Of a DNA stretch of 64,000 bases, positions 18,690 to 23,131 are shown in pieces (the first letter of the stretch is position 1; each line of letters begins with the position of its first letter). Origin of the DNA: Armatimonadota bacterium (GTDB taxonomy: Bacteria; Armatimonadota; SYMT01); contig JAWLHY010000004.1 of the NCBI GenBank assembly GCA_041690135.1, positions 32,001-96,000 on the forward strand. The letters run 5' to 3'. The notes under the pieces are model-generated. The model was not told the DNA's origin. It did no database searches and worked only from the letters and a program-made list of their open reading frames with translations. A program made the position numbers and the translations under genes.

Positions 18690-20318
18690 TCAGGAGGACC
18701 GCCGTACCGGCAGCGGGTACTCCATGATCTCCATCAGCATCTCGGTCCGCGAGGACTGCGAGAGCATCGGGATCAGGTTCGGCAGCGCGTAGTAATCGCC
18801 GCTGAACTGGAAAGCATCGGCCGCGAGACCGGCTGCCTTCATCTGCGTTTCAAGCATCTGCGAGGCCCCCCGCGTCTTCACGAAGCAGACATTCGGGTCC
18901 GCGTTGAGCTCCTCGCGATACTTCTGCAGCGACTGCGTGAAGCATGGCGGCGTGTTCTCCCCCTCGTCGGTGACCAGGATGATCTGCTCCACATACTGCC
19001 GCTTCTGCCGCAGGCGCTCGATACCCACGCCACAGGACGTCCCACCGCCGGCTTTCACCCCCGCCAGCGCCTTCTCCCAGGAGACCAGGTCCTGGCCCGC
19101 CGGTTCGATCTTGATGGCGATAGTGTCGAAGGCATAGACGTAGAGTTCGCTCTCACAGACGGTGCTGAGCATCGCCCCGATGCGCTTCCCCACCTCGATC
19201 GCCTCCTGCATCGACCCGGACTTGTCGATCAGCAGCGCGGTCGGCCGGGTGATCCGTCCCCGCAGCTTCACCTGGGCGTCGGTAACCTGGTCCAGCTTCT
19301 TCTCCAGGTCCGGATCGACGCCGGCCGCCTTCGCGGCTTCCTTCGCCTTGTAGGCAGAGACGCGCCGGTCGGTCTGCGCCCGCTCCAGCTTCTTCTCGAT
19401 GAGCGCCTTCAGGTCCGGGTTGTCCAGCGCCCCGCGCCGCTTCAGCGAACCGAGGTTGTTGATCAACTCCTGCGGCGTCATCGCTTCCACCAGCGCGACC
19501 AGCACCGTCGGCGTCATCTGGCGCACCGCCGACGACGCGATCCGGTACGGGATTCGGTGCTCCAGGATCGCCGCGGCCTGCTCCGCCGGCGTCGCCGCCC
19601 GCGCCAGGGCCTTCACCTGGAACAGCTTGCTGTCCGGAGGCGGGCTCTCCTCGAAGAGGATCGCCTGGGCTCGGTCGGACGGCGCGATGTGTGCCAGGGC
19701 ATAGAGTCGCTTCATCTGGCGGCGAGCCAGGGTCGCGCACTCATCGAACCAGGCCGGGTTCGCTTCCCGCTCTCGCAGGTAACGGCGCAGCTCCGTCTTC
19801 AGCGAGCGCGGCAGGTTCCGGAAGAGGCCCTGCTTGTCGAGCTTTTCCTGGACCACCGTCTCCACGGCCGCTCCCGGGGTTTCCGCCCCTACCCTCTGGA
19901 CAGCCTGTCCCTTGCGGCCCTTCTTCCCGCTGCGCTTCCGGCCCACCAGCGCGCGCAGCTCTTCGCGACGCTGCGTGGCATCCGGACGGACGCGCACCTT
20001 CCGGCGCTGGACCTTGCCGTGGATGAAATCCACCACCCGGCCGACCTGGTACGGCGGCATCCCCCGGAGCAGGGCCAGGCCGACATCCCGATGCCCTTCG
20101 AAGTCGCTCAAGACCAGGGTCGCCGCGAACATCTCCTTGTGGTCGCGCACCGCGCCGGTATCGGCATACCAAGCGGCCAGGTGCACGTAGAACCGCGGGT
20201 CCTGCTCGATCATGTCGGCATGCACGCAGTAGACCGACTCCAGGTCGCGGTGCGGGCACGCGAGCAGCGTGTTCAGGATCTGCAAACGGTTGTCCTGCTC
20301 GTTCATGGTCTGTTCCAT
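18690..20318 (-). CDS. Divergent TROVE/Ro60-like RNA-binding protein with C-terminal vWA domain
   Basis: Helical N-terminus with PRFYVHLAAW...VRDHK and QELINNLGSL; vWA MIDAS LIDKSGSM, GGTSCG, ILVTDEGEN; GAGGAGG RBS before ATG 20318; context of RNA ligase and tRNA-like RNAs. Confidence 0.8.
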   Translation of the reverse strand: MEQTMNEQDNRLQILNTLLACPHRDLESVYCVHADMIEQDPRFYVHLAAWYADTGAVRDHKEMFAATLVLSDFEGHRDVGLALLRGMPPYQVGRVVDFIHGKVQRRKVRVRPDATQRREELRALVGRKRSGKKGRKGQAVQRVGAETPGAAVETVVQEKLDKQGLFRNLPRSLKTELRRYLREREANPAWFDECATLARRQMKRLYALAHIAPSDRAQAILFEESPPPDSKLFQVKALARAATPAEQAAAILEHRIPYRIASSAVRQMTPTVLVALVEAMTPQELINNLGSLKRRGALDNPDLKALIEKKLERAQTDRRVSAYKAKEAAKAAGVDPDLEKKLDQVTDAQVKLRGRITRPTALLIDKSGSMQEAIEVGKRIGAMLSTVCESELYVYAFDTIAIKIEPAGQDLVSWEKALAGVKAGGGTSCGVGIERLRQKRQYVEQIILVTDEGENTPPCFTQSLQKYREELNADPNVCFVKTRGASQMLETQMKAAGLAADAFQFSGDYYALPNLIPMLSQSSRTEMLMEIMEYPLPVRRSS

Positions 20319-20341
20319 CGGGGACCTCCTCGTCCACATCA

Positions 20342-20490
20342 GGCCCGTACAAGTCGCTGGAGCGATTTAGACGTACAGGTGCTCTTCCACTGAGCTACGC
20401 CGGCAAGCAACGCCGGCGGCAGGACTCGAACCTGCGACCCCCCGGTCCGCAACCGAGACGTTTGTAAGCTCCCACCATAGGGTACGGGCC
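20342..20490 (-). ncRNA. Y-like scaffold RNA 2 carrying a circularly permuted tRNA-Arg(GCG) mimic
   Basis: Order: outer stem, anticodon arm CUCGG-UUGCGGA-CCGGG, GGGUC, T arm GCAGG-UUCGAGU-CCUGC, acceptor hairpin CGCCGGC-7 nt-GCCGGCG, D arm GCUC-AGUGGAA-GAGC, outer stem. Confidence 0.85.
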
Positions 20491-20492
20491 AA

Positions 20493-20564
20493 TCGGGGTG
20501 GGAGGAATCGAACCTCCGACATCGTGTACCCAAGACACGTGTTCTACCACTGAACTACACCCCG
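20493..20564 (-). tRNA. tRNA-Pro(TGG), no encoded CCA
   Basis: Full cloverleaf CGGGGTG/CACCCCG; anticodon loop CT-TGG-GT; A73. Confidence 0.92.
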
Positions 20565-20583
20565 TCCGCTCTCCTCACATTGA

Positions 20584-20794
20584 GGCTCGTGCAAGTCGCC
20601 GCAGCACTGCGTTTTTCGTTCCATGGACAGTCCGCCGGTGAGCTCTTACGCACTCTTTAAAGGGTGGCTGCTCTTGAGCCGACCTCCCGGGTTCTCTCCA
20701 TCCACTTCCCTTAGCGCCCGCCGGACTGCCTCTCGCCCAGCGGCCCATTTCCTCTCGTACTCGGTTTGTATGCTGCGCCCGTAGGGCACGAGCC
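20584..20794 (-). ncRNA. Y-like scaffold RNA 3 carrying a sarcin-ricin loop and a 23S H42-H44 (GTPase-associated centre) mimic
   Basis: Same outer scaffold; AGUACGAGAGGA at 20750-20761; 56-nt H43-H44-like segment at 20635-20690. Confidence 0.85.
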
Positions 20795-20816
20795 GCGGCG
20801 ACCCTGGCCGCCGGAA

Positions 20817-20890
20817 TGCCGATGATAGGATTCGAACCTACAACCAACAGGCTCTCGACCTGCCTCCTCTACCGATTGGGATACACCGGC
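20817..20890 (-). tRNA. tRNA-Leu(GAG), atypical (C33, short variable loop), no CCA
   Basis: GCCGGTG/CATCGGC acceptor, Leu-type D loop, anticodon loop TC-GAG-AG, A73. Confidence 0.75.
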
Positions 20891-20928
20891 ATCGCCCCAA
20901 TTCGGCCCCGCAACTGCGCGGCGACCGA

Positions 20929-21002
20929 TGCCCGCGGAGGGATTCGAACCCCCAACCTCCTGGTTCTAAGCCAGGCGCCTCTGCCAGTTGGGCTACGCGG
21001 GC
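20929..21002 (-). tRNA. tRNA-Leu(TAG), short variable loop, no CCA
   Basis: GCCCGCG/CGCGGGC acceptor; loop CT-TAG-AA; A73. Confidence 0.88.
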
Positions 21003-21014
21003 CTGAAAAATCCA

Positions 21015-21088
21015 GGCGAGTGGTGGGCCTCGAACCCACAACCTTCGGCATATGAGGCCGCTGCGCTCGCCAATTGCGCCACACTCAC
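21015..21088 (-). tRNA. tRNA with CAT anticodon (Met or Ile2), atypical, no CCA
   Basis: GTGAGTG/CACTCGC acceptor; loop CT-CAT-AT; G27:A43 mismatch; C at position 73. Confidence 0.75.
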
Positions 21089-21109
21089 TCAAAAAGAAAC
21101 GGGGCCAAG

Positions 21110-21180
21110 GGTGTCGGGAGGGAATCGAACCCTCATCGGCAGGGCCACAACCTGCTCGCTTCCCATTAGCGTACCGACAC
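21110..21180 (-). tRNA. tRNA-His(GTG), G-1 not encoded, no CCA
   Basis: GTGTCGG/CCGACAC acceptor; loop TT-GTG-GC; C73. Confidence 0.88.
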
Positions 21181-21181
21181 A

Positions 21182-21254
21182 CGGGGCTGGCGGGACTCGA
21201 ACCCGCGGTCTTCACCTCGACAGGGTGCTATGTTGACCACTACACCACAACCCC
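21182..21254 (-). tRNA. tRNA-Asp(GTC), no CCA
   Basis: GGGGTTG/CAGCCCC acceptor; loop CT-GTC-GA; G73. Confidence 0.88.
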
Positions 21255-21350
21255 AAGTGCTGCCCCCGGCATGGGGCAGCGAAGAAACTTGCATTCCAGA
21301 TTGTCAAAGAACGGTGCCGTAAACGCTCGCGCGTTCGCGGATCCCGGTTA

Positions 21351-21422
21351 CTCCGGCGGCAGGATTCGAACCTGCAGCCCGCGCCTTAACAGGGCGCCGC
21401 TCTACCGTTGAGCTACACCGGA
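21351..21422 (-). tRNA. tRNA-Asn(GTT), no CCA
   Basis: TCCGGTG/CGCCGGA acceptor; loop CT-GTT-AA; G73. Confidence 0.92.
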
Positions 21423-21435
21423 CCAGTTTTCAAGT

Positions 21436-21509
21436 TGCCTCCGGTGGGATTCGAACCCGCACTGAACCGCTCTTAAGGCGGTTGGCTCTGCCAATTGGCC
21501 TACGGAGGC
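21436..21509 (-). tRNA. tRNA-Leu(TAA), short variable loop, no CCA
   Basis: GCCTCCG/CGGAGGC acceptor; loop CT-TAA-GA; A73. Confidence 0.88.
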
Positions 21510-21525
21510 GCTATTCAATTTCCAA

Positions 21526-21599
21526 CAGGGAAGAGAGGATTCGAACCTCCGACCTCCGGGTCCGCAACCCGGTGCTCTATCCAGCTAAGCTACTCCCCC
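21526..21599 (-). tRNA. tRNA-Arg(GCG), no CCA
   Basis: GGGGGAG/CTTCCCT acceptor; loop TT-GCG-GA; A20 in the D loop; G73. Confidence 0.88.
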
Positions 21600-21604
21600 A
21601 AATT

Positions 21605-21740
21605 TAGCGGCGCGCAAGTTCAAGAAGCTGAAGTTCCGGATTTGAACCGGCACCTCCTGAGTAAGGATCAGGTGCTCTACCTTTGAGCTATTCGCTTGTG
21701 AAGCGAAGTTTGTAAGCTTCTCCGTTTGGGCGCGCCGCCA
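21605..21740 (-). ncRNA. Y-like scaffold RNA 4 carrying a circularly permuted tRNA-Lys(CUU)-like mimic
   Basis: Order: outer stem, acceptor hairpin UUCGCUU-CAC-AAGCGAA, D arm GCUC-AAAGGUA-GAGC, anticodon arm CCUGA-UCCUUAC-UCAGG, T arm CCGG-UUCAAAU-CCGG, outer stem. Confidence 0.85.
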
Positions 21741-21747
21741 GCCAAAT

Positions 21748-21981
21748 CTATCCGAACACGGCCTCGGGCCTTACGGTCCAATTTCCGCTTTCGTGATGCT
21801 CGACCACGTACTCTTCCAGTTCGCGGCTGGGCAGATCCAGATAACGAGCCAGCGCTACACGGACGTGGTAATCGCTCATCGGCTCGCCCACCCGCAACTC
21901 ACGCAGCGGAATATCGAAACTACGCCCCCGATAGCGAACGTGCAGCACTGCTTCCTGACGATTTCGCACTTGCTGAGCCAT
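21748..21981 (-). CDS. Small protein ending in ...EAVFG, candidate ubiquitin-like modifier
   Basis: AGGAG RBS; 77 aa; strand-strand-helix-strand-strand pattern; terminal Gly; first gene of an operon that contains an E1. Confidence 0.7.
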   Translation of the reverse strand: MAQQVRNRQEAVLHVRYRGRSFDIPLRELRVGEPMSDYHVRVALARYLDLPSRELEEYVVEHHESGNWTVRPEAVFG

Positions 21982-22001
21982 TTCTTTCTCCTATCCAGTC
22001 C

Positions 22002-22044
22002 AAAAATACCGAAGCCCCGAGGTCCGGATGGACCTCGGGGCTTC
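22002..22044 (-). terminator. Attenuator terminator A
   Basis: 15-bp hairpin GAAGCCCCGAGGTCC/GGACCTCGGGGCTTC followed by GGTATTTTT, just upstream of the first operon gene. Confidence 0.75.
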
Positions 22045-22071
22045 TACGCAAAGCCACTGCAGCCAAAATAG

Positions 22072-22230
22072 CTACACCGGAGGTCCTATCTGAATATTGC
22101 GATCACTTCGCCGCGGGAGATGTCCGGGGTTGACGGCATTACCCAGCAGCACAGCCAGATTCAGCAAGGAGCTAATCATCCCTGTCTGAACGTTCTTCTT
22201 ATTGATCTGCGTGTAATCCATCCAGCCCAT
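22072..22230 (-). CDS. Putative leader peptide A (52 aa, ends IQIGPPV-stop)
   Basis: First in-frame ATG downstream of the promoter at 22271-22298; the GPP codons are complementary to the 5' arm of terminator A. Confidence 0.6.
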   Translation of the reverse strand: MGWMDYTQINKKNVQTGMISSLLNLAVLLGNAVNPGHLPRRSDRNIQIGPPV

Positions 22231-22270
22231 CTTCGCTCTTCCGATCTCATCAACCCCGTCTCTGCATCGC

Positions 22271-22298
22271 ATTATAGATGCATTCTCCGAAGAGTCAA
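22271..22298 (-). promoter_or_regulatory. Sigma70-type promoter A
   Basis: TTGACT-N16-TATAAT on the minus strand. Confidence 0.7.
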
Positions 22299-22569
22299 TA
22301 CCTAATTTCAAGTATCTTCTAACTCGATTTCATCAATTGATTCGGATAGCTATTTGCTTTTATTCCGCAGATCCTTCAAGGGTTCTGCGACGCGTGAATG
22401 CGATTCCCCATCCCCCATAAGAGATGCGGTTCTATTCCACGAGCGAATGCAAAACGCCGGACCGCAGAGACACGGACGCTTTACGTTTACGCCAATCCAG
22501 TTCTTCTGATTTTCCGGATGGCCGGGTTTCGGGTCACTGTCCATCGATCATCTTCGGGCTCCGATCACG

Positions 22570-22604
22570 AAAAAGCCCCGAGGCCGGTGGGACCTCGGGG
22601 CTTT
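22570..22604 (-). terminator. Attenuator terminator B
   Basis: AAAGCCCCGAGGTC/GGCCTCGGGGCTTT hairpin ending in a U5 tract; near-copy of terminator A. Confidence 0.8.
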
Positions 22605-22630
22605 GCAGAACGGGCAAATACTACAACTGT

Positions 22631-22789
22631 CTAGCCGGGAGGTCCGCTGATACGCGTGTGGCGCAGGTGCTCGAAGCCGAGATTCCATCCGCTAAGCGCG
22701 ACACGCGGCGCCATGGAGTCAGTGCGTCGATCACAGGCCGGATCTGTGGTTAATCTGCGCTGGATCGAAATCACGACTCTTACTCGCAT
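22631..22789 (-). CDS. Putative leader peptide B (52 aa, ends RISGPPG-stop)
   Basis: Translated by hand (absent from the ORF track): MRVRVVISIQRRLTTDPACDRRTDSMAPRVALSGWNLGFEHLRHTRISGPPG. Confidence 0.6.
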   Translation of the reverse strand: MRVRVVISIQRRLTTDPACDRRTDSMAPRVALSGWNLGFEHLRHTRISGPPG

Positions 22790-22831
22790 GGAAAACGGTG
22801 GCCCCGCGAGGGGGTACTCCCTTGGTAACCG

Positions 22832-22860
22832 ATTATTGTCAGCACTTCCGGAGAAGTCAA
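22832..22860 (-). promoter_or_regulatory. Sigma70-type promoter B
   Basis: TTGACT-N17-AATAAT with an A-tract upstream; spacer resembles that of promoter A. Confidence 0.6.
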
Positions 22861-23058
22861 GGACTTTTTTGGCCCCGGTGCGACGGCGACTCTCTTCGAG
22901 CCGGACGCGGCTGTACTGCAGAGGGTCTACCTACCTCCGGCCCGGTTCAAACATGTTCTCGCCGGGCGCGCCGACGGACACTCGCCTCACCACTCCCGAT
23001 CTTATCGTCTCCATACCGCCGATCCGCTTCAGTTCGCCGCCTCGCCGGCAAAGTCATC

Positions 23059-23087
23059 CGGACAAACGCAAACACTTGTTCTATAAT
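23059..23087 (+). promoter_or_regulatory. Promoter with an overlapping LexA-like box
   Basis: CGGACA-N17-TATAAT; the spacer holds AAAC-ACTT-GTTC (7/8 match to GAAC-N4-GTTC). Confidence 0.55.
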
Positions 23088-23131
23088 TCATCCGTGGCAA
23101 CTGACCTGGATACAAGGGACTTTGGGAGAGG

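Noticed and set aside
18618-20393. 591-aa plus-strand ORF
   Set aside because: Antisense shadow of the TROVE-vWA gene, typical of high-GC DNA.
20635-20764. rRNA-like segments as a real 23S gene fragment or rRNA operon
   Set aside because: Only two short motifs are present, in reverse order relative to 23S, embedded in the same scaffold as three other RNAs, and with loop substitutions at normally conserved positions. Annotated as an ncRNA mimic, not rRNA.
20339-21686. Short ORFs over the tRNA array (20339-20533, 20575-20847, 20838-21215, 21052-21411 and others)
   Set aside because: They overlap clear tRNA/ncRNA structures and show no protein motifs.
18461-21740. Scaffold repeats as a CRISPR array
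   Set aside because: Copies are dispersed, diverged and paired as 5'/3' arms around structured inserts; there is no repeat-spacer periodicity and no cas gene in the window.
22072-22311. 79-aa version of leader A from the ORF track
   Set aside because: Its TTG start and the ATG at 22272 lie upstream of or inside the predicted promoter; ATG 22230 is preferred.
22350-22544. 64-aa ORF between the two attenuator modules
   Set aside because: No RBS or recognisable motif; could be a decayed cargo gene but cannot be supported.
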